Source of the DNA: Alphaproteobacteria bacterium
GTDB lineage: Bacteria; Pseudomonadota; Alphaproteobacteria; Rickettsiales; JADKJE01
Direction of reading: 5' to 3'
DNA: 64,000 bases
Assembly: GCA_016722515.1 (NCBI GenBank)
Contig: JADKJE010000004.1
Location: 7,544-71,543 of the forward strand
Each line of letters begins with the position of its first letter. Positions within the stretch are counted from its first letter, which is position 1. Below are positions 1 through 8,196 of the stretch, piece after piece. The notes beneath the pieces were generated by a model. It did not search any database. It was not told the DNA's origin and saw only the letters and a program-made list of their open reading frames with translations. Position numbers and translations under genes: made by a program.

Positions 1-610
1 AATGGCGCGGCGGACGGCTCGACACTTTCCCAGCAACACCATTGAAGCCCTCATCGAGCAGCGCGCGCAGGCTCCAGCCCGCGCAGTAACCCGTGAGGCA
101 ATCGAGATCGTGAATGTGGTAATCGGCGCGGCGGTGCGCTTGCCCTTCTTCGGGCGAATAGACATTATCGAGCCAGTAATTGGCGATAATCTTGCCTGCC
201 GAGTTATTGATCAGCCCCGCATTGCTGTAAGCGGTGTTCGCATTGGCATTGACCCGCCAATCCTGCTGTAAAATATATTCCTCTACCGCTTGTTTGCAGC
301 TTACTAGCGTGTCCTGCGCGGTGGCGCGATTGCGGCTTAGGATAAATGATTTAAGGGTTTTAACGTAACCCGCTGCTGCAAGCTCGTCCTCGATCACGCT
401 TTCCATCGCGCTATCGGCCAGTGCCTCTTTTGAGGTGGAGAGTAACGACATGAACGCATCGAAACTGCCTTCGCCCGATGCCACAAACGCCTCCTTCAGG
501 CTCGCATGTACCGAGAGCGAAAAGACATTCGGCTTCTGAGCAGCGGGCTGCAGCGCACGCGGCAATTGGGTAGTGGTGGGCGTTGGTGTGGCAGTTTCGG
601 TTAGTTGCAT
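1..610 (-). CDS. nrdD: anaerobic ribonucleoside-triphosphate reductase (class III RNR), N-terminal part; runs off the left edge
   Basis: Absent from the ORF track because there is no stop in the window. My translation of the minus strand from the ATG at 610-608 gives MQLTETATPT...ANYWLDNVYSPEEGQAHRRADYHIHDLDCLTGYCAGWSLRALLDEGFNGVAGKVSSRPPRH. This contains the NrdD-type HIHDL / GYCAGWSLR region. An FNR-type box lies upstream. Confidence 0.8.
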   Translation of the reverse strand, partial: MQLTETATPTPTTTQLPRALQPAAQKPNVFSLSVHASLKEAFVASGEGSFDAFMSLLSTSKEALADSAMESVIEDELAAAGYVKTLKSFILSRNRATAQDTLVSCKQAVEEYILQQDWRVNANANTAYSNAGLINNSAGKIIANYWLDNVYSPEEGQAHRRADYHIHDLDCLTGYCAGWSLRALLDEGFNGVAGKVSSRPPRH

Positions 611-686
611 AGAATCCCCCTTGTTTTGACTATATGTTGGTGCTTTAGGCGGAGCTGATACTACATCTTGTGTCTAATGGGTGCAT

Positions 687-700
687 TTGACCCAGATCAA
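687..700. promoter_or_regulatory. FNR/Dnr-type box TTGAC-CCAG-ATCAA upstream of nrdD
   Basis: One mismatch to TTGAT-N4-ATCAA. The centre is about 84 nt upstream of the nrdD ATG. nrdD is FNR-activated in E. coli (established knowledge). Confidence 0.55.
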
Positions 701-737
701 GTTCTCTAAAAAAGGGATAAACGGTGTGATATTTCCT

Positions 738-2183
738 CTAAGATGTTGGTTTGACTTCGATATGCTCGCCGAAGGATTTCAGCATCCCGACCGTTTGCTT
801 CAAGTCGTCATGGGTGGTGCGGGGGTTGATCGTGCACATGCGCAGAACATGTTTGCCGCCAAGGATGGTTGGGCTGAGCATCGCATAGCCAGAATAGATG
901 ATGTCTTGCGCAATATGATTATTCAGTTCGTTCAGTGCCGATTCATCCAATCCATCTGCGCGGTAACGGAAAGTGATGATGCCCAGCTGTGCGGGCGTGA
1001 TAATTTCCCAGCAATCACCGTTGCGTAGTAGCGATTCGACAATTTCGGCGTTCTCTATGCCCTTGGTGATGGCCGCACGGAACGCGTCCACGCCGAAGGC
1101 CTTGAGCGACAGCCAGAGCTTGAGCGCACGGAATCCACGTGTCAGCTGCACGCCGTAATCACAGAAATTGATCTGCTCGGCGCATTGCTCATTGAGCTTC
1201 AGATACTCCGCCGAGAAGCGGAAGGTGTTTTTCAGATGCTCGCGGTTGCGCACCAGTACGCAGCCGATCTCATAAGGCTGGAACATCCATTTATGCGGGT
1301 CAATGCCCAGCGAGTCTGCCAGCTCTATACCTTCGAGCACTTTGCGTCCGCGCTCAGTAATGGCTGCGCTACCACCATACGCACCGTCCACATGCAGCCA
1401 CAGGCCTTCGGCTTTGCAAAACGCGGAGAGTTCCTTGATAGGATCAGCCGCACCGGCGTTGGTGGTTCCGGCATTGGCCACCACGCAAAATGGCACCAGC
1501 CCTTGCAGCCGATCCGTCGCGATCTGCTGGCGCAATGCATCCACTGAAAGGCGGAAGGTCGCGTCGGAGGCAATCTTGCGAAGTTGGAACTGCTGGAAAC
1601 CCAGAATCTTGAGACCTTTGGCTACGGATGAATGGGTTTGATCCGAGAAATACACCGTGGCGTTGGTGGTATTGCCTGCCAACATCACATGCCGTGCCAC
1701 CGCTAGCCCTGTCATATTCGCCATCGAGCCGCCGCTGACAAATAACCCGCCTGCATCTTGCGGAAAGCGGAATAGCTCACGCAGCCACTCAATGGTAGTG
1801 ACTTCGATCTGCGCCACACCGGACGGACCGATAAATGCTCCGCTGAAGACGTTAAATGAGGAAGCAATCGCATCCGCCATGGCGCTGACAAAGTTGCTTG
1901 GCCCCGGCACGAAGGCAAAATAACGCGGGTGATCCAGATGCGTCATCTGGTCAAACACATGGGTTTTAAGCTGCGCGAGAAGCTGTTCAACAGGCACGGC
2001 CTGCGTCGGCATCGGCTCGTGCAGGCCTTCGGTAATATGCTCCAGCGTGGATGGTGTGGTGACGGGTAAGTCCTTAAGACCAGCGAAATGATCAACAATC
2101 AGGCCAAATACCTTCTCCGCCATACGGCGCATGTCATCTTCGGGCAGCGTCAGAAGTGGTGGTTGATTATCCATCTTTGCCAT
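738..2183 (-). CDS. pyridoxal-phosphate-dependent group II (aromatic amino acid type) decarboxylase
   Basis: 481-aa ORF with the PLP-lysine motif region SLGIDPHKWMFQPYEIG. It overlaps the nnrS stop by 17 nt, so the two are probably co-transcribed. Confidence 0.8.
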   Translation of the reverse strand: MAKMDNQPPLLTLPEDDMRRMAEKVFGLIVDHFAGLKDLPVTTPSTLEHITEGLHEPMPTQAVPVEQLLAQLKTHVFDQMTHLDHPRYFAFVPGPSNFVSAMADAIASSFNVFSGAFIGPSGVAQIEVTTIEWLRELFRFPQDAGGLFVSGGSMANMTGLAVARHVMLAGNTTNATVYFSDQTHSSVAKGLKILGFQQFQLRKIASDATFRLSVDALRQQIATDRLQGLVPFCVVANAGTTNAGAADPIKELSAFCKAEGLWLHVDGAYGGSAAITERGRKVLEGIELADSLGIDPHKWMFQPYEIGCVLVRNREHLKNTFRFSAEYLKLNEQCAEQINFCDYGVQLTRGFRALKLWLSLKAFGVDAFRAAITKGIENAEIVESLLRNGDCWEIITPAQLGIITFRYRADGLDESALNELNNHIAQDIIYSGYAMLSPTILGGKHVLRMCTINPRTTHDDLKQTVGMLKSFGEHIEVKPTS

Positions 2184-3345
2184 CCAGTCTTGGGCGAAGA
2201 AGAATCGGCGTATACATCACCACAAAGATGCCGTAAGCGGTGAGCCAACACAAAGCCGCAAGCTGAAATCCTGTCATCGTATCCATCGGCAGACACCAGC
2301 CAAATACGCGAAGCAATGCGGCCAGATTAATCGCCACAAATGCGATATGCATGGCTTTTCCGATTTCCAGAGGCCTGCCGCTATGCCCCAGCGATACACG
2401 CGCAATCATACCGAGAATGAGTGTGCCCATCGCACCAGCGGTCAGGCTGTGGGTGGCAAAGGCCGCAGGCACTGAAAGCTCCATCAGCACGGCTGCTTTG
2501 GCAAAGAAGCTGAAGATCAGCCAGATGTAGCCTGCATGCAGCACCCATAGCAGCGGAATGCTGAAGGTTTTGGCTGTTTGCCAGGAAGTAAATCGCCAGA
2601 GATTCACTACGCCCGCTGCGATGAAAAGCAAATACAGCCATGGCGCATCGGGTGCAATGGCGTTGCACAGAACAGCAAGCGCCGTACAAATCATCGTGAG
2701 CTTTTCGATGCGTGGGTTGCGTGTGACGCTAATACCCAGTCGTCGCTCGGTGAAGAAGGGAATCACCCGCCCGCCAATCAGCGTCATCATGAGTGTGACG
2801 ACACCAAGGCCAAGGCGGATGCCTGCATCGGCATATTCATCGTGCGTGAGCCCGGATGCCAATGCCAAAAGCAGCAATAACGCGATGAATCCGTAATTGC
2901 GTTTATTGTTTGAACGAATGAGCGCAGGCGCAATCGCAAGCGCACAGCCCACGAAAAAACTGGCATCCACTACCATTACCAGCGTTTCAGGCAGCTTTGC
3001 TGACATGAACACGCACGCACGTCCGGCGCACCAAAGCCCTGTGAGGGCTGCCAAACGTGATCCTTTCACGGTAGGAAGCCCCGTCCAGTTGGGTACTGCC
3101 GTGAGCAAAAACCCTGCAATAATCGCACCCACAAAACCAAACAGCATTTCATGGCGATGCCACTCCACCATACCCCATCTGCTAGGCAGCTCCGTCGCCA
3201 TGCCGCTTATCAGCAGGATGAAATAGCCAAGCACCAAGAGTCCCCACAGACTGCCAAGCAGAAAGAATGGCCGAAAGCCAAGCCGGAACAAGGCAAATCC
3301 GTTTAGCAATGGTCTTTCAGGCTCGGAGATATTGATTAAGGTCAT
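2167..3345 (-). CDS. nnrS: NnrS family haem-copper membrane protein (NO-response)
   Basis: 392-aa polytopic ORF with the NnrS-typical WHRHEMLFGF...AGFLLTAVPNWTG segment. A Dnr/FNR box lies 68 nt upstream. Confidence 0.8.
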   Translation of the reverse strand: MTLINISEPERPLLNGFALFRLGFRPFFLLGSLWGLLVLGYFILLISGMATELPSRWGMVEWHRHEMLFGFVGAIIAGFLLTAVPNWTGLPTVKGSRLAALTGLWCAGRACVFMSAKLPETLVMVVDASFFVGCALAIAPALIRSNNKRNYGFIALLLLLALASGLTHDEYADAGIRLGLGVVTLMMTLIGGRVIPFFTERRLGISVTRNPRIEKLTMICTALAVLCNAIAPDAPWLYLLFIAAGVVNLWRFTSWQTAKTFSIPLLWVLHAGYIWLIFSFFAKAAVLMELSVPAAFATHSLTAGAMGTLILGMIARVSLGHSGRPLEIGKAMHIAFVAINLAALLRVFGWCLPMDTMTGFQLAALCWLTAYGIFVVMYTPILLRPRLDGKDG

Positions 3346-3406
3346 GTGCAGCGCCTTCCATATTGGGATGTGATGGCGATGCTACGGCTCAAACACACAA
3401 AAACAC

Positions 3407-3420
3407 TTGAGCCGGATCAA
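3407..3420. promoter_or_regulatory. FNR/Dnr-type box TTGAG-CCGG-ATCAA between divergent nnrS and the porin gene
   Basis: One mismatch to consensus. The centre is about 68 nt from both the nnrS ATG (3345) and the porin ATG (3482). Confidence 0.55.
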
Positions 3421-3481
3421 TTCGTATGACGCTTTTACCCATTAGGTTTTCGTGCATGATGATCACTTCTATGAGGACACT

Positions 3482-4741
3482 ATGACGAACCGCCGACTAC
3501 TACTGACAAGCGCACTAACACTGTGCATCGCTGCCAGCTTTCCAGCCTATGCTGCTGATCCTGTTGCAACGTCCGCAGCACCGAAGAGCGAATTCGCCAA
3601 GGCGCTGACAGAGGGTAAACCAATCCTCGATGCGCGCTATCGCTATGAATATGTCGATCAGGATGGACTTGCTGACGAAGCCAACGCGCATACGATCCGC
3701 ACGCGCTTGGGCTATGAAACGGGCAAGTTCAAAGATTTCAGCACACTGCTGGAGTTTGAGAATATCACCGATATTGGCGGAGAAAATTACAACGATACAA
3801 TCAACGGGAAAACGTCCCACCCAACGGTGGCTGACCCGGAAGATACCGCGCTTAACCGTCTGCAGCTGACCTATACGGGGCTGCCCGATACGGCACTGGT
3901 GCTGGGTCGTCAAAACATCGTGCTGGACAACCAGCGTTTCGTGGGTGGTATCGCATGGCGGCAGAATGACCAGACATTCGATGCTATCAGCGTGAAGAAT
4001 AATACGCTCAAAGACACCACGCTGTATTACGCCTATGCCAATCAGGTGAATCGTATCTTTGGCACGGATTCACCTGTGGGAACATGGGATGACAGCCATA
4101 TCCACTTAATCAACGGCTCCTATGCTGGTCTGCCTTTTGGCAAAATCACGGGTTATAGCTACCTGCTCGATATTCAGGATTCACTGGCGCTCTCCAGCGC
4201 CACTTACGGCGCACGGTTTGAAGGAAAACATCCAGTAGCGGAAGGCGTCGTTGGTTTGCTGAACCTCGAATACGCCCACCAGAATGATTATGCTGATAAT
4301 CCCAACAGCATCAGCTTCAATTATTACTCTATCGAGCCTGGGGTGACGTTTGGCCAGTGGACGCTTAAAGGACAATATGAATCCATCGAGGGCGACGGCA
4401 CGAATGCGATGCAATTTGCGCTCGGCACCAACCATGCGTTCGATGGCTGGGTGGATAAATTCCTCACTACACCCGCAAACGGCTTGGTCGATGCCAATAT
4501 CGGCATCACCTATGTCGCCAAGTCGGAGAATGCGTGGCTGAACGGCACGAAGGCGATGTTGGTGTATCATGATTTCTCAGCCGAACGCGGCAGTGCCGAT
4601 TACGGCACGGAGTGGGATGCCTCAGTCGAGCAAACCTTCCAGCAATACTACACGGCAGGCATCAAGCTCGGCGCTTACAATGCCGATGATCTCTATACCG
4701 ACACGGTGAAGATCATGCCGTACTTGCAGGTGAAGTTTTAG
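3482..4741 (+). CDS. outer-membrane beta-barrel porin (alginate-export/AlgE-like family, tentative)
   Basis: ORF 3452..4741. I prefer the ATG at 3482, which gives the signal peptide MTNRRLLLTSALTLCIAASFPAYA. The sequence is rich in alternating aromatic beta-strand patterns and ends in the terminal ...YLQVKF. Confidence 0.55.
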   Translation: MTNRRLLLTSALTLCIAASFPAYAADPVATSAAPKSEFAKALTEGKPILDARYRYEYVDQDGLADEANAHTIRTRLGYETGKFKDFSTLLEFENITDIGGENYNDTINGKTSHPTVADPEDTALNRLQLTYTGLPDTALVLGRQNIVLDNQRFVGGIAWRQNDQTFDAISVKNNTLKDTTLYYAYANQVNRIFGTDSPVGTWDDSHIHLINGSYAGLPFGKITGYSYLLDIQDSLALSSATYGARFEGKHPVAEGVVGLLNLEYAHQNDYADNPNSISFNYYSIEPGVTFGQWTLKGQYESIEGDGTNAMQFALGTNHAFDGWVDKFLTTPANGLVDANIGITYVAKSENAWLNGTKAMLVYHDFSAERGSADYGTEWDASVEQTFQQYYTAGIKLGAYNADDLYTDTVKIMPYLQVKF

Positions 4742-4829
4742 ATATTGCCCGTTGACAATATAGTTAGGACTCCTTACTTATATGACTTCCCAGCAATGGT
4801 GTTGGGACTCATTAACTATGGAGTTACCT

Positions 4830-5081
4830 ATGTCTTCTAAAGCCGTATTTTATCATGCTGGCTGCCCAGTTTGTGTTTCCGCCGAACAACAAGTGCTCGA
4901 CATTGTTGATCGTAACAAAGTCCAGCTTGAAGTGGTGCATTTTGCCCAAGGTGGCAAAGACCGGATTGCTGAAGCAGAAAAAGCTGGTGTTAAGTCAGTT
5001 CCCGCGCTCGTCATTGATGGTAATGTTCTGCATATCAATTATGGTGCGAGCATGAACGATGTAAAAAAAGCTGTCGCGTAA
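4830..5081 (+). CDS. small thioredoxin-fold / glutaredoxin-like protein (CPVC)
   Basis: ORF 4782..5081; internal ATG at 4830 (MSSKAVFYHAGCPVCVSAEQ...). It has a CxxC motif and is about 83 aa long. Confidence 0.6.
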   Translation: MSSKAVFYHAGCPVCVSAEQQVLDIVDRNKVQLEVVHFAQGGKDRIAEAEKAGVKSVPALVIDGNVLHINYGASMNDVKKAVA

Positions 5082-5142
5082 TACAGCAATCAGGCGAGTG
5101 GGTTTGTACCTGCTTGCCTGATTTACCACATTGTGAGGACTC

Positions 5143-5415
5143 ATGAAATTTGACGTATACGACACCTACGCGACATCCAACGCAGGAAAGACTATTCATT
5201 TTGATGTGTTCTTACCAAGCGGCGGTAGTAAAGAAACCGCCGTGCAACATGCGCGGACGTTTTTAGAATCGATTGGCGAAGCCGCAGATGCAGTCAAATC
5301 CGAGCGTTGTAATTTTTGCCATAGCGAAAATGCCCCTCCTTTTGTTGAAGCGGAGATTGCCAAATCCGGGCATTACATTCTACAAATGGAAGGCTGCCCC
5401 AATCCCTACCGATGA
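5143..5415 (+). CDS. DUF2024 family protein
   Basis: 90-aa ORF, MKFDVYDTYATSNAGKTIHFDVFLP...CNFCHSE...GHYILQMEGC. This matches my recollection of the DUF2024 signature. It shows an ATGA stop/start overlap with the next gene. Confidence 0.6.
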   Translation: MKFDVYDTYATSNAGKTIHFDVFLPSGGSKETAVQHARTFLESIGEAADAVKSERCNFCHSENAPPFVEAEIAKSGHYILQMEGCPNPYR

Positions 5416-5987
5416 GTAAGAGCATGAATGAAAATACAAAAATAGTGTTGGGTATTGAACGCCTATCAACGTTGTTTCGTGCTGCTTTGTGGGACGAGGC
5501 CAAACAATGTGGTTTAAGCCCTCTGCAAGTGCAGATCATGCTGTTTATCGCGTCTCATACGCAAACACTGAATAATGTGTCGTGCCTGGCAAAAGAATTT
5601 GGCGTCACAAAAGCAACCGTGAGCGATGCTGTGCGGACGCTTCTCGGAAAGAAACTACTCAAAAAGCAATCTGGCGATGATGCCAGAGCATTTTCTCTGC
5701 ACCTCACCGCAGGCGGCCATAAGCAACTGCAAGAACTTGCCTCGCTTACCAAGCGTTTTGATGAAACACTTTCCTTGATTCCTGAAAGTGAGCGCGAAAG
5801 GATATGGGAAGGCTTGCTATTGCTCATCGGGCATTTACAAAAAACTGGCGTGATCCCGCTGCGGATGTGCTTTAGCTGCCAGCATTTTGAAAAGCGCAAA
5901 GGCGTACCCTATTGCAATTTATTGCAACAATCACTGCATCTGGAAGATATCCGCCTCGATTGCCAAGAACACCTTTTAGCCGCATAA
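5412..5987 (+). CDS. MarR-type winged-helix regulator with C-terminal Cys cluster
   Basis: 191-aa ORF. It has a MarR-like wHTH region (LNNVSCLAKEFGVTKATVSDAVRTLLGKKLL) and the tail CFSCQHF...YCNLL...LDCQEH. Confidence 0.65.
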   Translation: MSKSMNENTKIVLGIERLSTLFRAALWDEAKQCGLSPLQVQIMLFIASHTQTLNNVSCLAKEFGVTKATVSDAVRTLLGKKLLKKQSGDDARAFSLHLTAGGHKQLQELASLTKRFDETLSLIPESERERIWEGLLLLIGHLQKTGVIPLRMCFSCQHFEKRKGVPYCNLLQQSLHLEDIRLDCQEHLLAA

Positions 5988-6263
5988 CACAGAGCCTACC
6001 TGAGGCTTCTCGTGTCCCTTTGAGTCCACCCAGTTGTGACACCAGAAGCGGTGCATCTCTTTATCGTAGTAAAAGTTATCTGGATGAAACATTGGGCAAG
6101 GCTTCTGCCCTCGGCAGTAATTACGTGGGGTTACGCTTTTATCTGTATGGGTGCAGCCGGGACATATATCGACCGCTAACGCCAACCCCACCCGCATCGC
6201 CGTATCTTCAGCATCTTCTCTCATAAGAACCTGCCTTTCTGGATAGAACCCCACCTCTACCAT
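5976..6263 (-). CDS. hypothetical small Cys-rich protein (start uncertain; could be the Met at 6224)
   Basis: 95-aa ORF with CPGCTH...C...CP...WCHNW and no family that I recognise. It lies directly downstream of the 6285-6306 palindrome. Confidence 0.3.
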   Translation of the reverse strand: MVEVGFYPERQVLMREDAEDTAMRVGLALAVDICPGCTHTDKSVTPRNYCRGQKPCPMFHPDNFYYDKEMHRFWCHNWVDSKGHEKPQVGSVLCG

Positions 6264-6284
6264 ACTGAGTTAAAATAAGAAAAA

Positions 6285-6306
6285 GTCATTGATTTAGATC
6301 AATGAC
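6285..6306. promoter_or_regulatory. perfect 9-bp inverted repeat GTCATTGAT-TTAG-ATCAATGAC: FNR-box consensus and/or nar-operon terminator
   Basis: The core TTGAT-TTAG-ATCAA (6289-6302) is a perfect FNR box. On the minus strand the same hairpin is followed by TTTTTCTTATTTT, so it could also terminate the nar operon. Confidence 0.5.
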
Positions 6307-6323
6307 AAAGAAGAATCCTTGGA

Positions 6324-6794
6324 TTAGTTCACCAGAGGACTGCTGGCACGCTCCAGAGTAATACCCGCAATACTTGCTTGTCCAGCGAGTATCTTCACAT
6401 ACTGCTTCATCGCTTGTTGCTCGCTGGCTTCCTGCAGATATTCTGCTATCGACTCACGCACGGCAGCAAAAGGTGCCACGTTGCTGCCCTGATCTCTGAA
6501 TATGGACGGATTGCGCTGATAATAACGCTCGCATTCTTCTTCCGTCGGCGTTGGTACAGTGATTTCCTGTTCGAGAAGGCTGTTCACCAGATATTCCCGT
6601 GCCAGCTCCGTATCGTCCTGCTCCACCGGAGGTGTGATGCCAAGCCGTGACGCTTCCTGACATAAAAGCTCACGAATGGTGAGTGCGAGCGCGGCTTGAT
6701 ATTGTGCTTCGGCAACATTCTCGGCGGGATGGTATTGCATTTCTGCAAACACTTCATCATCCGTGATTTCAACTTTATTCACAAATACGGGCAT
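6324..6794 (-). CDS. SurA-N/PpiC-related chaperone-like protein at the 3' end of the nar operon
   Basis: 156-aa ORF starting 2 nt after the narI stop. The position matches the PPIase-like gene that follows narI in Pseudomonas-type nar operons. The sequence assignment itself is weak. Confidence 0.5.
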   Translation of the reverse strand: MPVFVNKVEITDDEVFAEMQYHPAENVAEAQYQAALALTIRELLCQEASRLGITPPVEQDDTELAREYLVNSLLEQEITVPTPTEEECERYYQRNPSIFRDQGSNVAPFAAVRESIAEYLQEASEQQAMKQYVKILAGQASIAGITLERASSPLVN

Positions 6795-6796
6795 AG

Positions 6797-7486
6797 TTAT
6801 CTCCTCGCTGCTCGGCTACGCACGACTTGATAAGGTCGCCATACATAACGCACTGGTGCGCTTAAAATATGCACCAGACGGGTGAAGGGAAACAGGAAGA
6901 AAATGAACATCCCCAGAATCAAATGCGCCTTGTAAGGCCATGCCAGCGGCTCAATCAACTCTGGATGAGCACCCTGGAAGGTGATGATGCTCTGGCACCA
7001 TTCTGACAGCGCCATCATCACACTGCCATCAGAATGGCCGAGTGAGTATGGAATCGTCGTTAGCCCAAGCACCAGCTGCACCCAGAGGATAACCAGAATT
7101 GCTACATCTGCCGGTGCACTGGTCACGCGTACCCGTGCTACAAACAATCTGCGGACGCACAGAATGGTCAGGCCGATAAAACAGATCGTGCCGAAAAGCC
7201 CACCCATCACAATCGCAACCATCTGCTTATTCTCTGCACTGATGACGTGATGGTACACGCTGTGCGGCGTGAGCAGCCCGATCAGATGCCCGAAAAATAG
7301 GAAAATCACGCCGATATGAAACAGGATATTGCCAACACGCAGGCCTTTATCCGCCAGAATCTGGCTTGAGGCAGCGCGCCATGAATAAGGCTCGCGGTCA
7401 TAACGGATGATGGTGCCAAGCACCATCACCACCAGCACAATGTAGGGCAACATGCCAAAGAAAAACTCATGAAAGAAAGTAATCAT
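6797..7486 (-). CDS. narI: respiratory nitrate reductase gamma subunit
   Basis: ORF 6797..7525. I prefer the ATG at 7486 (MITFFHEFFFGMLPYIV...), which forms an ATGA overlap with the narJ stop. It is a multi-TM cytochrome b-type protein in the expected operon position. Confidence 0.9.
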   Translation of the reverse strand: MITFFHEFFFGMLPYIVLVVMVLGTIIRYDREPYSWRAASSQILADKGLRVGNILFHIGVIFLFFGHLIGLLTPHSVYHHVISAENKQMVAIVMGGLFGTICFIGLTILCVRRLFVARVRVTSAPADVAILVILWVQLVLGLTTIPYSLGHSDGSVMMALSEWCQSIITFQGAHPELIEPLAWPYKAHLILGMFIFFLFPFTRLVHILSAPVRYVWRPYQVVRSRAARR

Positions 7487-8196
7487 ATCCGTTGCTCCAT
7501 TGCTTGTGGTTTCCCTCCGCCACATCCACCGCCACCACAGCTTCCTCCGCCGCAGCCACCTGCAGAAGCTGCGGGTGCGCTAGCGCCGAGGAACTCAATG
7601 GGTTTTTCTTCCCATTCCTTATCCATCGCAGCGAAATCAATCACCTCTGGTCGCGGTCTTGGTATTACTTTTACAGGTTCTTTGCCCATAAACCGGATCA
7701 GGCTATCGAGGATGACGTGCTGCGCCGCTCCACGCTCGGCCAGACGTTTGCTGAGTGCTTCAATCACATGCAGTGGGTCGCCCAACATTTCGACGGCTTC
7801 ATGGTTTGGCAGAATAGAGAGAAACTCCAGAAACACTGGGAGATAATCTGGCAATTCACTCGCCGATAGTTCGTAACCATGCTCCGCATACATCCCTGCC
7901 AGATCGACCATGGCCTGACCGCGATCCCGCGATTCACCATGCACATGCTCAAACAAATGCAGTGAGAGCGAGCGCACGCGGTCGAATGCATCGACATACG
8001 CCTCCTGCAAATCAAACAGGTTGCTTTCCGCTGCATCTGCCGCAAAGGCATGAATTGCCTCTCTGTCTTGCGGCTTTAAGATAGCCTCACGGTTAATAAG
8101 CTCGGCGAGTTCGACCACTCCTTCCTGCCATTCCGTTGTCGGATAGCAAAGCAAGATGCCAAGGGCCTTGAAGGTTTGAAATTTAGCTGCTGGCAT
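7483..8196 (-). CDS. narJ: nitrate reductase molybdenum-cofactor assembly chaperone, with Gly/Cys-rich C-terminal tail
   Basis: ORF 7483..8370. I prefer the ATG at 8196 (MPAAKFQTFKALGILLCYP...), which overlaps the narH end by 14 nt. It sits between narH and narI. Confidence 0.85.
   Translation of the reverse strand: MPAAKFQTFKALGILLCYPTTEWQEGVVELAELINREAILKPQDREAIHAFAADAAESNLFDLQEAYVDAFDRVRSLSLHLFEHVHGESRDRGQAMVDLAGMYAEHGYELSASELPDYLPVFLEFLSILPNHEAVEMLGDPLHVIEALSKRLAERGAAQHVILDSLIRFMGKEPVKVIPRPRPEVIDFAAMDKEWEEKPIEFLGASAPAASAGGCGGGSCGGGGCGGGKPQAMEQRI

Noticed and set aside
2-271. 89-aa plus-strand ORF at the left edge
   Set aside because: It lies antisense to a much better reading: the minus strand from 610 to 1 translates into a clear NrdD N-terminus.
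4742-4829. TTGACA-N17-TACTTA promoter-like sequence upstream of the thioredoxin-like gene
   Set aside because: The -10 match is poor and nothing corroborates it, so it is not reported as a feature.
5082-5142. 11-bp imperfect hairpin (AATCAGGCGAG...CTTGCCTGATT) between the thioredoxin-like and DUF2024 genes
   Set aside because: It has no convincing U-tract. It may be an RNA-processing or attenuation stem, but the evidence is too thin.
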